IMG/VR virus record: IMGVR_UViG_3300033165_000106
DNA from: an uncultured virus (IMG/VR IMGVR_UViG_3300033165_000106)
Taxonomy: Duplodnaviria; Heunggongvirae; Uroviricota; Caudoviricetes
DNA: 64,000 nt
Strand: one strand, 5' to 3'
Notes under the pieces: generated by a model
Told to the model about the DNA's origin: nothing
What the model saw: the letters and a program-made list of their open reading frames with translations, nothing else
The model's database searches: none
Made by a program: the position numbers and the translations under genes
Shown: positions 28,606 through 39,149 of the stretch, in pieces
Position numbering within the stretch: position 1 is the first letter of the stretch
Layout of the letters: every line of letters begins with the position of its first letter

Positions 28606-29923
28606 CTAAGATTCTCTTTTGAGCCATCTCTACATACTCAGGATTCAAATCTCCACAAATAAACTGTCTTCCACTTTGAACAGCAACCAAACCTACTGTT
28701 CCCGCGCCACAGAAAAAATCCAACACCACACCCCCCGTAGGACACCCCGCTATCAGTAACGGATCAATCAGAGTAGGCGGAAACGTCGCAAAATGTGCTG
28801 CCTTAAATGATCGAGTTGGAATATCTAACGCAATAATCTCCCCACTTTCATCACATAAAACACCCCTATTTTCTTTAACTTCCCGTAAATAATCTAAATA
28901 TTCCTGTGTTTCTTCAATTAAAACACCCAAAGAATCGTAAAAAGCGTCTGTATTCCGATAACGGCGTGTTTTATCTGTAACCCACTCTTTTCCACTGTAA
29001 GTTTCATTACCGTACCCCTCCGCTTTGTTACCACCAAAGCGAATGCCAGAAGCAAAATTCTCTAGTGCTTTACGAGCAGAGCGAGATGTATTTGTCCCTT
29101 TACCATAATCTTTATCGCCGCCCGTTTGTTCATCAAATGTTTTTTGCAATACACGAGAAATACTGCTCTCAGCTAACGGGCGCTGAACCGCGCTATAGTC
29201 ATAATAATATTTCTGAGACTTAGAGAACATAAATACATACTCTATACCAGAAGTAGGGCGATCCTTGACACTCTCCGGCATGGCATTTCTTTTCACCCAG
29301 GGAATTGTAGAGCGCCAATACCACCCATCAGCTTGCAGAGCAAAAGCAACACGAAAGGGAATGCCGAGCAAGTCTTTAGGTTTTATAATGTCGTGTTTTT
29401 TATCTGTTGGTCTTGTTTTTCCCTTTCCACCCACATGTGCCGCTGGTGTATTAAATGAATCTCCGCGTTTTATTCGTTCACGTTGCGTATCCGCGTTTGC
29501 CTGTCCGCTCTGCCCCTTACCGCCCCAATATGAATCTCCCAAGTTCAACCACAATAACCCATCATCTCGCAGGACACGTTTTGCTTCGTGAAAAATTTCT
29601 ACCAGATTATCTACATACTGTTCGGGAGTTTGCTCCAAACCAATCTGATCGTCAATCCGCTTAGCTCCACACAAAATACACGCACTGGCATCTACTCCCG
29701 GTCTAACACCCGACACAATAGCACCTTTGGCTTTCGTATCTTCTACTTGATTCCCTACACGATGTTTACAGTCTGGATCGCCACCTTCCCACTTAGCAGT
29801 TCCATAATCCCTCAGTCCAAAATAAGGTGGAGAAGTAATAATACAGTGTACAGACTGATCAGGCAAATCTTTGAGCAAATCTATAGCACTTTTACAAACA
29901 ACTTGATTGAGATACTTATCCAT
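28586..29923 (-). CDS. DNA methyltransferase, N4C/N6A beta class
   Basis: TSPPY, HFATFP, LDFFCGAGT. Confidence 0.92.
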   Translation of the reverse strand: MDKYLNQVVCKSAIDLLKDLPDQSVHCIITSPPYFGLRDYGTAKWEGGDPDCKHRVGNQVEDTKAKGAIVSGVRPGVDASACILCGAKRIDDQIGLEQTPEQYVDNLVEIFHEAKRVLRDDGLLWLNLGDSYWGGKGQSGQANADTQRERIKRGDSFNTPAAHVGGKGKTRPTDKKHDIIKPKDLLGIPFRVAFALQADGWYWRSTIPWVKRNAMPESVKDRPTSGIEYVFMFSKSQKYYYDYSAVQRPLAESSISRVLQKTFDEQTGGDKDYGKGTNTSRSARKALENFASGIRFGGNKAEGYGNETYSGKEWVTDKTRRYRNTDAFYDSLGVLIEETQEYLDYLREVKENRGVLCDESGEIIALDIPTRSFKAAHFATFPPTLIDPLLIAGCPTGGVVLDFFCGAGTVGLVAVQSGRQFICGDLNPEYVEMAQKRILDGSGWS

Positions 29924-29935
29924 ACAATCTCCCTA

Positions 29936-30008
29936 TGGGCTTGACAGGACTCGAACCTGCGATATCGTGTTTAGAAGACACGCGCTTTCTCCACTAAGCT
30001 ACAAGCCC
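29936..30008 (-). tRNA. tRNA-Arg(UCU)
   Basis: GGGCTTG/CAAGCCC acceptor, CGTGT-CTTCTAA-ACACG anticodon arm, GGTTCGAGTCC T arm; CCA not encoded. Confidence 0.9.
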
Positions 30009-30111
30009 CCGACACAAAACCACACACGTTAGCATACCGAGCAAGTATAAAATACAGATCAGGGACCAGACCACACACGAGACATTTATGGGTTGATCGT
30101 CGTACAAAAAT

Positions 30112-30390
30112 TTAGGTTTGTTTGGCTTCATGTAACACATGCCCTACAACAGTAATTTTCTCGTCTCTATCATCGTACTCAATACTCTCAGGCTCAAAAT
30201 ATCTGTAATTTTCATCAGACAATTCAATACGATATTCAATCGGATACTTGATATCTGATAAATCTCCCGAATATTCTAGTTTAATGTCGTATGCCATTCC
30301 GCCTTCAAACGGCAAAAACTCAATCCGCACATACAAAATACGAAAATCTATACTGTGCCAGTCATCGCCTGTTCGCTGATAGATAATCAT
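30112..30390 (-). CDS. Hypothetical protein
   Basis: ORF in co-oriented cluster. Confidence 0.5.
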   Translation of the reverse strand: MIIYQRTGDDWHSIDFRILYVRIEFLPFEGGMAYDIKLEYSGDLSDIKYPIEYRIELSDENYRYFEPESIEYDDRDEKITVVGHVLHEAKQT

Positions 30391-30620
30391 GTTAGAGCAT
30401 CCCCTGAGTTTTTACCGACCGATACATACGCCGATGCTCGTCACACACCAGCACATGAGCCGCCGTTCCAGTGGCTTCTTTTCCGCAAATTACACAGTAC
30501 AATTTAGGGGGTGCCATCACTTTATCCTCAGAGTATCTAGTGTATAAATCTCAACTGCCCAAAAAATATAAGTTCCTTCCCAGGTGAAGTACCCACCCGT
30601 TACTGGATTATATGCCCATA

Positions 30621-30830
30621 CTAAATCGGAGGATATTCCTTATTCGGATTAGTTTCGTGTCCGCACTTTTCGCATTTGTATATCCGATAATTACCTAGAT
30701 GCTCACCCGTCTCAACGTCCAAAGCAGGACGATCAAATCGAATCATAAGCGTCTTACACTTAGGACACCAGCGCTGCAGACGATCTTCCCAATACTGCCC
30801 GTCTTTGCTATAATAATCAAAACTATCCAT
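30621..30830 (-). CDS. Small zinc-ribbon protein
   Basis: CPKC...CEKCG. Confidence 0.55.
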   Translation of the reverse strand: MDSFDYYSKDGQYWEDRLQRWCPKCKTLMIRFDRPALDVETGEHLGNYRIYKCEKCGHETNPNKEYPPI

Positions 30831-31101
30831 CTCTATTCCTTATCTGCAGCCACTCATCCCAAGTCAAATACTGCCCGTCAACATACGTAGTTAGTTCTTT
30901 TACCCAGTCTGCTACATCGCCGCTCGTAACTTCATACGTTATCTCAAACGCCGCAATCGGCTCAGCATAACGTTGAAGACACTCATCACAATAAGCATAA
31001 CTGATCGCCCCTAAAGAACTGGACGCTACACCAACAGCAGGTTCGCCACAGACATCACAGGTAAGCGACACTACTTTATCTCCAAAATGTTCCGATGCCA
31101 C
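30823..31101 (-). CDS. Hypothetical zinc-finger protein
   Basis: CDVCG...SSLGAISYAYCDEC. Confidence 0.6.
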   Translation of the reverse strand: MASEHFGDKVVSLTCDVCGEPAVGVASSSLGAISYAYCDECLQRYAEPIAAFEITYEVTSGDVADWVKELTTYVDGQYLTWDEWLQIRNRDG

Positions 31102-31424
31102 GACAGCATACGAACGCGCACCCCGTTTACCTTAAAGGTATATTCCTGTCCGACTTCAAGTTGAGCCGCCACATCATTCGAGTTCCACTTCCATTGTAAA
31201 ATAGAATCATCATTCGTCAGCGTCTCAGTCGTGCCATCTTCGTGTTGAAAAACATAACGCATATTACCGTCATCTACAAAGGTGCTCGTCAATGTCCCTT
31301 GTATCTCCGCTGTCTGCAGTTGGTAGTAAGCATACACCCCCAAACCAACAACGACCATCAAAACCCCAACTACAACAGAAAACACGACACATCCAACTTG
31401 AAGTTTTTCACTTGTGCTATACAT
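31071..31424 (-). CDS. Membrane-anchored OB-like protein (DUF1523-like)
   Basis: N-terminal TM; N.DS...KWNS.D, V.G.R...LS...NI. Confidence 0.55.
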   Translation of the reverse strand: MYSTSEKLQVGCVVFSVVVGVLMVVVGLGVYAYYQLQTAEIQGTLTSTFVDDGNMRYVFQHEDGTTETLTNDDSILQWKWNSNDVAAQLEVGQEYTFKVNGVRVRMLSWHRNILEIK

Positions 31425-31851
31425 TCAATATCTCCAATTTAATATAAACTGAACCACCAGATTCATACACTCGATTTATAAATTCAAGCATTGTCGTTCC
31501 AGCATAAATAGACTTTACGTGTTCGTCTTGATACCAACTACGCTGCAGCCACGGCACATCGCCATCATTGATATCTTCTACACTGTACATAGAATTAAGA
31601 TAAGCATTCTGAGCGGGTGTTACATAGGGACCAACCCAAGCAACATCAAAAACCTTATACTCAGGAATTTCTCGTTCTGCCATATACGGTTGCCACTTAT
31701 ACGGCTCACCTGCATTATGCTCATATGGCGCGTCGTTCCAGTCATCTCCCCATTGATGAGAAAGATCACAGGTCGTAAACCACGCAAAATTATCATCAAC
31801 ATAACACAGAACAGCATTTAACATTTCCTCGGTTAACTTAAGATGATTCAT
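31417..31851 (-). CDS. Conserved phage hypothetical protein
   Basis: QWGDDWNDAPYEHNAGEPY. Confidence 0.65.
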   Translation of the reverse strand: MNHLKLTEEMLNAVLCYVDDNFAWFTTCDLSHQWGDDWNDAPYEHNAGEPYKWQPYMAEREIPEYKVFDVAWVGPYVTPAQNAYLNSMYSVEDINDGDVPWLQRSWYQDEHVKSIYAGTTMLEFINRVYESGGSVYIKLEILNV

Positions 31852-32364
31852 TACAGTTTCCTCAATAAAACAACAATACGAGTGACCAAAGTCTTGCGAT
31901 AGAAAATAATCTCCATATGATCATCTACCACGCAAAAACGAGCGAAATACTTTACTCTCTTACTCAGCCAATCTTCTGCGTCACGTAAAATTTCAAACGT
32001 ATTCAAGTTAGTCAACCACCACTGAAAATCCGTCTTCTGCACGTCAGTAAACTTTAAATGCTGCATGAAACGATCTATATCATACGGCAGTCTCACATAT
32101 GAATCGTTAGAGTGGTAAAGATACACTTTAGCCCCCCTCGTCAGATTTCGTTTCCATATACGCAAACAACAAAGAAATAAGCACAATACTGTTCACGACA
32201 ATCGCGGGATAAATCATAGTATCGTCTAAACTCCACACCAACAAGGGCCAGAACATAACCAGCACAAGCATCAAAAGAATTACTACGCAAACCAACCGCT
32301 GCAAGGCATAATTGTCCATCTCTCGAACTTGTTCCATTGTCAGATTCATGTCAGATCCTAACTT

Positions 32365-32598
32365 TTAAGACATCTCAATTACAGAAGGCTCAATCGGAAC
32401 CACCTTAAACCGAAGAATTCCCCCGTAAGTTGGTCCTTCCCAAAACTGTTTCGCTTTAGGGTTATGTGTTACCGCCAGATCTTTTGCTTCTTGCTCAGAG
32501 CGTGCAATTACTTTCAGGTAGTGATATTCTCCGCTATCCCCCATACTAACACCAAGAATAGAGAGACTCCAACAAAAAATTTTATATTCGTTATCCAT
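32365..32598 (-). CDS. Hypothetical protein
   Basis: RBS GGAGG. Confidence 0.5.
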   Translation of the reverse strand: MDNEYKIFCWSLSILGVSMGDSGEYHYLKVIARSEQEAKDLAVTHNPKAKQFWEGPTYGGILRFKVVPIEPSVIEMS

Positions 32599-32671
32599 CT
32601 ATGCCTCCATAGACAAGCATACACCCGAACAGGCGAGATGTCAAGATGTGTTATTGCTTTGTGTAAAGGTG

Positions 32672-33397
32672 CTAAATAAACTCAGCTAGGCGCTTATAGG
32701 CTTTCTCGTACAATACAGGATCGATCTCAATTCCAATAGATAGTCTACCTGTATTTCGCGCTGCCAGGCATACAGAACCGGATCCCATCGCGTTATCCAA
32801 TACAACATCGCCTAGATTGGTATAGGTTCTAATCAAAAATTCGCACAAGTCAACCGGCTTCTGAAACTCACAGATTCTTTCTGGATCGTCATTATTGACT
32901 ACATCAAAATACAGAACGTCATTCGGATATCTACGGGTTGTTCCGGCATCGTTCACGACTCGTTTCTCTGCGCCGTAGACATTGCTCGATCTCTTTCTGG
33001 CCCAATTCATCGGCTTATGCCCATAACTAAACTGAGGATTATAGATTGGCAAACTACGATAAAAAACCAGAATATCCTCATGAGCACGCAAAGGCATCTT
33101 TCTAGAATTTAAGTGATTGGTGGATTTATTCTTGATCCACACATACTTATATCTATACAGATCAAATCTGGACAACGCCAACTTAAACGTAAACTGGTTA
33201 TGCGCAAACAAAACAATCGCCGCATTTTCCTTACAAACACGCAGGTATTGTTCCCACAGTAAATCTAAATCAACCTCTGTGTCACGCTTAGATTGCGTCG
33301 TCCCATAGGGAAGATCGCATAAGACCATATCCACGCTGGAGTCTTCGATCTCCGGCAGTAAGGCGAGACAGTCTCCACAGAGAACCTTATTTATCAA
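32672..33397 (-). CDS. DNA methyltransferase, N6A/N4C beta class
   Basis: LCDLPYG, QKPVDL, LDNAMGSGS, GIEID. Confidence 0.9.
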   Translation of the reverse strand: MINKVLCGDCLALLPEIEDSSVDMVLCDLPYGTTQSKRDTEVDLDLLWEQYLRVCKENAAIVLFAHNQFTFKLALSRFDLYRYKYVWIKNKSTNHLNSRKMPLRAHEDILVFYRSLPIYNPQFSYGHKPMNWARKRSSNVYGAEKRVVNDAGTTRRYPNDVLYFDVVNNDDPERICEFQKPVDLCEFLIRTYTNLGDVVLDNAMGSGSVCLAARNTGRLSIGIEIDPVLYEKAYKRLAEFI

Positions 33398-33553
33398 CGT
33401 TGATTCTTTCCCAAACCATCGTGAGCCAGAACAGATTTAACCACAATAACGTTTCGATGAATGCGAGAGAAGATCCTGTAGCATCTCCGTCCAACTTCAA
33501 AGCAATAGATGACACTAGAGAGATTACACACACAGCAAGATAGAAATATTTCA

Positions 33554-33904
33554 TCACGTAAGTCTCCTAGATTTCTTATATGCATCCTTAAAAGCGTCTT
33601 CTTTAGATATCTGTGAGTAGCCCATCTGCTGCCCAAACGCATCACGCACTACATACACTAACGATCCAAATCCGTCACACGGTAGAAAGCCCATTGCGTC
33701 CGTATACTCTTCACGACATACTCGCCAACCAAGCGACAAACAGTAAACAGAAGGCGTATTACGCTTATCTCCCTGTAAAGCTAAACGAGCCGCCTCTATC
33801 TTTCGCGCCAGATCCGGTTGATTCGCTCCGCGCTGAACCTTTTCTATTTGAGGCAGAATTGCTTCTAGTGCCCAACGTAATTGTTCATCCGTATATGTGC
33901 TCAT
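33554..33904 (-). CDS. Hypothetical protein
   Basis: RBS GGAG before ATG. Confidence 0.5.
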   Translation of the reverse strand: MSTYTDEQLRWALEAILPQIEKVQRGANQPDLARKIEAARLALQGDKRNTPSVYCLSLGWRVCREEYTDAMGFLPCDGFGSLVYVVRDAFGQQMGYSQISKEDAFKDAYKKSRRLT

Positions 33905-33930
33905 CGTGATCTCCACTAAAATAGGCCGTT

Positions 33931-34290
33931 TTAATTACCACTCAGTAATCCTAATAGTGTTTTAGTGTCAACACCATAACCTTCAGGAGAAGATTTTTTA
34001 CAGTGAGAATAATACGTCACAAAAGTATCTGGATCATCTGCATACTCTGCTATGTGAGACGTACCACAACACTCGATTACTAACGCCATAGATTTATTCT
34101 GTACTACTAACATAACTTGATTTAAAGCGTTTCCTAACATAGCCTCTTCAACAATTTTTAATAACAAACCTTTGGCAATAAGAAAAGGCTGTTGTTCATC
34201 TGCATTTTCATTTATTTCTTCCACTATTTGTTTATGCAATAAAGACAACATGGGCTGATCTATTTTATACATCTCAAATCTCCCGATCAA
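33931..34290 (-). CDS. Hypothetical protein
   Basis: Operon packing. Confidence 0.5.
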   Translation of the reverse strand: MIGRFEMYKIDQPMLSLLHKQIVEEINENADEQQPFLIAKGLLLKIVEEAMLGNALNQVMLVVQNKSMALVIECCGTSHIAEYADDPDTFVTYYSHCKKSSPEGYGVDTKTLLGLLSGN

Positions 34291-34744
34291 TCGCTAACCC
34301 TAAAGACTGTTCAACCCACCGTCTCGTTTTCGGATTCAACAGTATAGCATCTTTATTTACCAAATACCAGGCAGCAGTATCAGATTTTCCCAAAGCACGA
34401 CCAGCACCCCGCCAGTCGGCCAGCATCTCCCTTCGATGACGATCCGGGATCGGCAGCGGAACCATATCGCCTGAATCCATCACTAACACCCAATACTGCC
34501 AGTGATGCTTATGCCGCTTTTCATGATGATTCCACGCAACTAAAAATGATTCACCGGGCTGATAGTGATTCTTTCCATCCTGCGTATAAAACGTTCGAGC
34601 ATACGGAAACCACTCACTCGGAAGAAACTTGCTCCAGTCATGTAAAATCAGATGCCAGATCGGAACGTGTAGTTTTCGTCCTTCGACTAATACATACCAC
34701 TTATGGCGTAGAACATACTTTAAATATTTCCAGTGCCGTCTCAT
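34274..34744 (-). CDS. HD-like His-rich protein (DUF5662-like)
   Basis: RHKW, HDWSKF, AWNHH...KHHWQYW, EMLADW. Confidence 0.7.
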   Translation of the reverse strand: MRRHWKYLKYVLRHKWYVLVEGRKLHVPIWHLILHDWSKFLPSEWFPYARTFYTQDGKNHYQPGESFLVAWNHHEKRHKHHWQYWVLVMDSGDMVPLPIPDRHRREMLADWRGAGRALGKSDTAAWYLVNKDAILLNPKTRRWVEQSLGLAIDREI

Positions 34745-34890
34745 CGTGATCTCCACATATTTGATACGAGTGTATACCTAAACGGGGGATAAGTCAAGAC
34801 CACTCAGATACAACTTTCCTGTCCTGACCCTCCACCAATAATTAAGATTGAATACTTTAGTTCCAAAGCATTAACTCTTTCTTAATTCTA

Positions 34891-34975
34891 TTTCCCCTCA
34901 ACAGACAAACAGAGGCAACTTTCGTCACCGTGTAGATGCACCCCTAAAAAGCGCATCTTAATTGTTGAGGGGAAA
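34891..34975 (-). ncRNA. Putative structured RNA (three-way junction)
   Basis: 13-bp closing stem TTTCCCCTCAACA/TGTTGAGGGGAAA, two inner hairpins, one with GAAA tetraloop. Confidence 0.4.
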
Positions 34976-34978
34976 CAA

Positions 34979-35344
34979 TCATGCCCGCTTATACATCAAC
35001 CAATTTGTGCCCTCTACCGCACCATAAACCCTTCCTACACACGTATGCGATACAAACATCGATGCTAATTCCCCTAAATCATTTCGATCAAGATAAAACC
35101 ACTCAACTAAAGTACCAGGATAAGCCCGTTTTAATTCAAACTTCCTGTGCAGTTCCGCCTCTAATTTCTGCGTATTATCCACATAAATCACTCCAATAAC
35201 CTTATATACGCCCTTATACATCCACGACAACTGCTTAATCCTACGATCCACATTATTTGTCCGACCAATCTTATATTTTCCTTTTTCGCTACCTGACAAA
35301 GCCTCAATCACATACACATAACCAGCAAATGTTCTATCAGACAT
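34979..35344 (-). CDS. GIY-YIG nuclease-like (T5orf172-type)
   Basis: GYVYVI...YKIGRT...RR..QL, LEAELH, EWF. Confidence 0.8.
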   Translation of the reverse strand: MSDRTFAGYVYVIEALSGSEKGKYKIGRTNNVDRRIKQLSWMYKGVYKVIGVIYVDNTQKLEAELHRKFELKRAYPGTLVEWFYLDRNDLGELASMFVSHTCVGRVYGAVEGTNWLMYKRA

Positions 35345-35371
35345 TTATACCCTCACAGACAAGAAAACTTC

Positions 35372-35665
35372 CTAATATGTGCGCGTATAATAATTTATCA
35401 GACTGTCCGATTTAGGTTTCGATAATATAGTCCCTATATGAGTACTTATTCTATCAGGAAGTATGCTCCCTAAATCAGTGAACCAGATCAGAGGCTTATC
35501 CACTCGCTTGACAACCAGCCCAATAACTCCCCCATAAGACGATAACGCCACTTCTATGTTATCTAGCTCTTCGATATTAAAATATCCGTCTGCAATCTTG
35601 CGTCCATCTAAATACACCCCCGTCCAAGTAGAATATTGAATATGTACAAACTGTATTATCGACAT
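35372..35665 (-). CDS. Hypothetical protein, first gene of leftward arm
   Basis: RBS GGAGG. Confidence 0.55.
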   Translation of the reverse strand: MSIIQFVHIQYSTWTGVYLDGRKIADGYFNIEELDNIEVALSSYGGVIGLVVKRVDKPLIWFTDLGSILPDRISTHIGTILSKPKSDSLINYYTRTY

Positions 35666-35835
35666 AACGTGTGTTCCTCCACCTTTCGATTAGATATAGT
35701 TTACAGATATATCCTCATAAAGTCAAGAGACAATTATAAATAGGAAAAACCAGTCTCGGAAAATGTGCTCGCGTCAAAATCAGGTTAGATGCGTAGTGCT
35801 GAAAAAATTTTCGAGCGAGTCAGGCGGCGGCTAAT

Positions 35836-35893
35836 AGAACAGAAGTTCGATTGCCGGGTGGCTAGAACAAACGAGCGATAGAACATGCGTTTA
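35836..35893. promoter_or_regulatory. LexA-like boxes (AGAAC-N4-GTTCG and 2 degenerate copies)
   Basis: 35836-35849, 35864-35877, 35880-35893. Confidence 0.6.
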
Positions 35894-35939
35894 AGGTGAC
35901 AGTCTGGTGATTCTGTTCCCCCAGGGTATGGCCTGGAAT

Positions 35940-36145
35940 TAGTTCGACATCAAACTATTTGACATCAAACTGTAGGAGTTAATACACGTTACTTAACCTG
36001 TAGTGATATGTCAGTAACTAGTGCTGCCGGGCTAATCACATGATAAGTAACGTGTATTAATCTGTAATGAGAATGCGCGCCCGCTTCCATAGTTAAATGA
36101 TACGATATCAAACAGTTTAGCATTTAGTAGTTTGATATCGAACTA
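35940..36145. repeat. Nested inverted repeats and palindromic operator-like sites
   Basis: Perfect 17-bp IR 35979-35995/36044-36060; outer TAGTTCGACATCAAACTA / TAGTTTGATATCGAACTA. Confidence 0.8.
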
Positions 36146-36511
36146 CTTTAACATATACCTAACCCCACAATTGGATATATACCTTATATATCGAATTGAT
36201 ATATTCTATCTCTACTAATCCTTAACCCTATCTTAATGCAAGCGTAGGGTAAGCGTAGGGTACGATACAATTATATATGAGACAATAGAAGCATCACACA
36301 CGTAAGCGCACGGGAGTATAGCAATGAATACCACAGTAAAAATTATGATCGCAGATGGAATATGGATAGTGATCAATAAGCGTAAAAAAGGAATCTATAC
36401 TAGCCAGTGGACACGCACGGGACCATCGCCCTTTTATAAGCGCATTAATCCGCGTTAGTGCGCAGCAGTGAGCTTAGGCTCTAATCGACAAATTAGTAGG
36501 AGGATCAAATC

Positions 36512-36733
36512 GTGAATAAAAACAAACTGCTTAGGTGGATGATTAAAGAATTAACTCTATATGATGAATGCTATATTTTTCCTGGAGATATTGAGCCTAG
36601 TGCTACACTACTAGCCGAAGAAGCCATAACCTATTACGGTATTACGGACGCTTGGCACGATGATACACACTATGTTTGGGATATAGCAGTAGACGCTATC
36701 GACAAATACCAACAATCGCAAAAATCAGAGTAG
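36512..36733 (+). CDS. Hypothetical early-type protein
   Basis: Strong RBS AGGAGG. Confidence 0.6.
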   Translation: MNKNKLLRWMIKELTLYDECYIFPGDIEPSATLLAEEAITYYGITDAWHDDTHYVWDIAVDAIDKYQQSQKSE

Positions 36734-36752
36734 ACTATAGGAGAATCAGATC

Positions 36753-37034
36753 ATGAACCTCACAGAACCTACCTATATCAGTGTACGAGACTTCGGGCGA
36801 AAAATTCAACACGCTTTCGCGCAAGCAGAAACTATCTTGATTGAGCCTGATTATACTAGTATTCGTGCTAGTGGAATCAAGAATCCTGAGTATAAGGCGG
36901 TTTTTATTCTGCCCGATCAGACACGCTGGACGTATTACGAATATGGCAATGAATTATGGTATTCACCGGTGAGCGAAGATCCTGCTACCTGGTATGTCGT
37001 CAATCGGCCCTATTCCCCCACCGATACACTGTAA
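36753..37034 (+). CDS. Hypothetical early-type protein
   Basis: RBS AGGAG. Confidence 0.6.
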   Translation: MNLTEPTYISVRDFGRKIQHAFAQAETILIEPDYTSIRASGIKNPEYKAVFILPDQTRWTYYEYGNELWYSPVSEDPATWYVVNRPYSPTDTL

Positions 37035-37158
37035 TTTACTTAATCATACTTATACTTATTTTTCTTTACAATCCTTTTACAACTTTTTAATTTCGTTTTA
37101 ATTTCGCCTAAGTATAATTATAGACAGATAAGCGAACCACTAGATAGGAGCAGGGGAC

Positions 37159-37353
37159 ATGACGAAACAGGAAAAGTATATCCAAGCAATCGGTAGTCTC
37201 GTTAGCGAGGGTCTCATTGACACAGAGACCGCCAGAAAGCTTAGCAGACTGACTCCAGCCTATGAATTGATCGCGTTTTTGGTTGACATGCTGTCATTCG
37301 ACGTTCAGACCGTCCAGAGCTTCACGCAGCGCATTTTGGAGCGTGAATCATGA
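37159..37353 (+). CDS. Hypothetical early-type protein
   Basis: RBS AGGAG. Confidence 0.55.
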   Translation: MTKQEKYIQAIGSLVSEGLIDTETARKLSRLTPAYELIAFLVDMLSFDVQTVQSFTQRILERES

Positions 37354-37523
37354 CAACCATACTCGTTATCCTGTTGATTGTATCCCTTGCCCTATTCTGG
37401 CGTGAACGTAAGATCCGTAAAACCTACGTCAAGGATTGGAGCGTAGCATACTCTAGATTATGGGACGATTACGCATTTATCGCCTGCACGCTTGAGGAGA
37501 TTACTGGTATCGATATCTTATAA
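37350..37523 (+). CDS. Small single-TM protein, 57 aa (not in ORF track)
   Basis: ATGA coupling; MTTILVILLIVSLALFWRERK...LEEITGIDIL, similar to 39577..39771. Confidence 0.55.
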   Translation: MTTILVILLIVSLALFWRERKIRKTYVKDWSVAYSRLWDDYAFIACTLEEITGIDIL

Positions 37524-37608
37524 ACTTAGATTCACCTTACTTATACAAATAGACTTATTTTTTATTCAGAATGGCAATATTGCCAGAATTAGATAGGAGA
37601 TAAGGATT

Positions 37609-37899
37609 ATGAACAACAAACGTCAATGGCCAGTCTATAGCGTCATGTTTGGTATGCCGGGCTATATGCCTGATGATGTGTGCTATTTCACTAGCAAACG
37701 AGCAGCACTAAGTTATATGGCGGATGAAGCTAAAGATCTTCGCTCCAATGATTGGATTGTTAGCGGATCCGCTGAATACGGCTATGCTTGTCAAGCACCC
37801 TGGCACGATATCGATTACTTTTCGCTCGATTGGAACGTTGAACACTTCTCCAGTAAAGCAGAACGTGATCAATTCATATCGCAAAATTCAGAATTCTAG
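37609..37899 (+). CDS. Hypothetical protein
   Basis: RBS AGGAG; PGYMPD motif. Confidence 0.6.
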   Translation: MNNKRQWPVYSVMFGMPGYMPDDVCYFTSKRAALSYMADEAKDLRSNDWIVSGSAEYGYACQAPWHDIDYFSLDWNVEHFSSKAERDQFISQNSEF

Positions 37900-37911
37900 A
37901 GGAGAATCACA

Positions 37912-38163
37912 ATGTCTTACAATGGTTGGCCTAATTACGAAACTTGGAACGTATCACTGTGGCTCAATAACGAACCTTCTACCTATTATGAATTGTGCAC
38001 CATTCTAGAATCCGACAATGACGACTACACTGCAGGAAAAACAATCCGTAACATGGTAGAAGAGATGAATCCGCTTGCGGATGATGCTAGTATGTTTTCA
38101 GATCTGATTAGTGCTGCTCTCAGTGATGTAGACTGGGAGGAAATTGCGCGCGCCAATCGATAA
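37912..38163 (+). CDS. Conserved phage hypothetical protein
   Basis: YNGWPNYETWNVSLWLNN...VDW.EIA; RBS GAGGAG. Confidence 0.7.
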   Translation: MSYNGWPNYETWNVSLWLNNEPSTYYELCTILESDNDDYTAGKTIRNMVEEMNPLADDASMFSDLISAALSDVDWEEIARANR

Positions 38164-38248
38164 GAAGATAGCGAATAAACTTTAGTTACTTATTGCATAC
38201 TTATACTTTTATTTTTTAAGGCTTGTTCAATTAGCAAAGGATAGGACT

Positions 38249-38575
38249 ATGGATCCCGTCAAATACCTTGAAAAACAAGGATGGAATAACGCCAACAACA
38301 GGATCACTTGTCGCCAGATAGAAAAAACGGGTTATCTACCTACCTATTTACTCACCTACCGCGATTCTGGTCCTATTGGAGAGTATACCGCTAATCACAT
38401 AGAAGATAGCCTAAAACCCCTCTATGCAGTCACCAAACGCACAATTCGCAATGCCGCTATTCCTGATATCATCTATGAGGGAATGCCCAAACGTACACAC
38501 TATTTGACTATCACTTGTAAGCTCAAACCCAAAATGTCAGAGTCTGAATTGATCGAATTCTGGAGGGAATCATGA
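38249..38575 (+). CDS. Hypothetical protein
   Basis: RBS AGGA. Confidence 0.55.
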   Translation: MDPVKYLEKQGWNNANNRITCRQIEKTGYLPTYLLTYRDSGPIGEYTANHIEDSLKPLYAVTKRTIRNAAIPDIIYEGMPKRTHYLTITCKLKPKMSESELIEFWRES

Positions 38576-39105
38576 TTACAGATAACACGTTTGATCTATT
38601 TGAGGCGCATTACCTGCTAGAGTCTGATTTTAACGTTTCTGGTATCCTCCAAGAACGCCCTAGTAATCAACGGCGCAAAATGTCCACTAGTTTTCAGTTG
38701 TCGCGTATGGGCTTTCATCCTATGCCTAGCCTATCATTTGAGACACTATCAGACAACGGCAAACAGATCTATATGGATCTCGTTTTCCAATATGGTCTAG
38801 AATCTAGCCTAATCCGCACAGTAAAGGATTTAGACTACTTTTTGCCAGATGCGGTATTAGTTGATAGGGATTATGACGTTTTAGCTACTCTATGCTCTAT
38901 TGGATACCTAGACTCAAGTCTAGAAGAGGATCCAAACTGGATTGACTCAGAAGATTGGATAAATTGCGATTACGCTCTACTGTTTGTTTTACTGGATGAA
39001 TCTGGAGCGGATTATAGTCATGTGTGGGGATTAAGTTGGGGAACTATTCCACACATGGATCGTCCAGTAGATCTAATCTGGAAAAACTATAAGCTACTTG
39101 TTTGA
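38572..39105 (+). CDS. Hypothetical protein
   Basis: ATGA coupling; followed by GGGGATC-TTCG-GATCCCC hairpin. Confidence 0.6.
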   Translation: MITDNTFDLFEAHYLLESDFNVSGILQERPSNQRRKMSTSFQLSRMGFHPMPSLSFETLSDNGKQIYMDLVFQYGLESSLIRTVKDLDYFLPDAVLVDRDYDVLATLCSIGYLDSSLEEDPNWIDSEDWINCDYALLFVLLDESGADYSHVWGLSWGTIPHMDRPVDLIWKNYKLLV

Positions 39106-39149
39106 TGCTGGGGATCTTCGGATCCCCTATTTAATAGGAGAATAGAACA

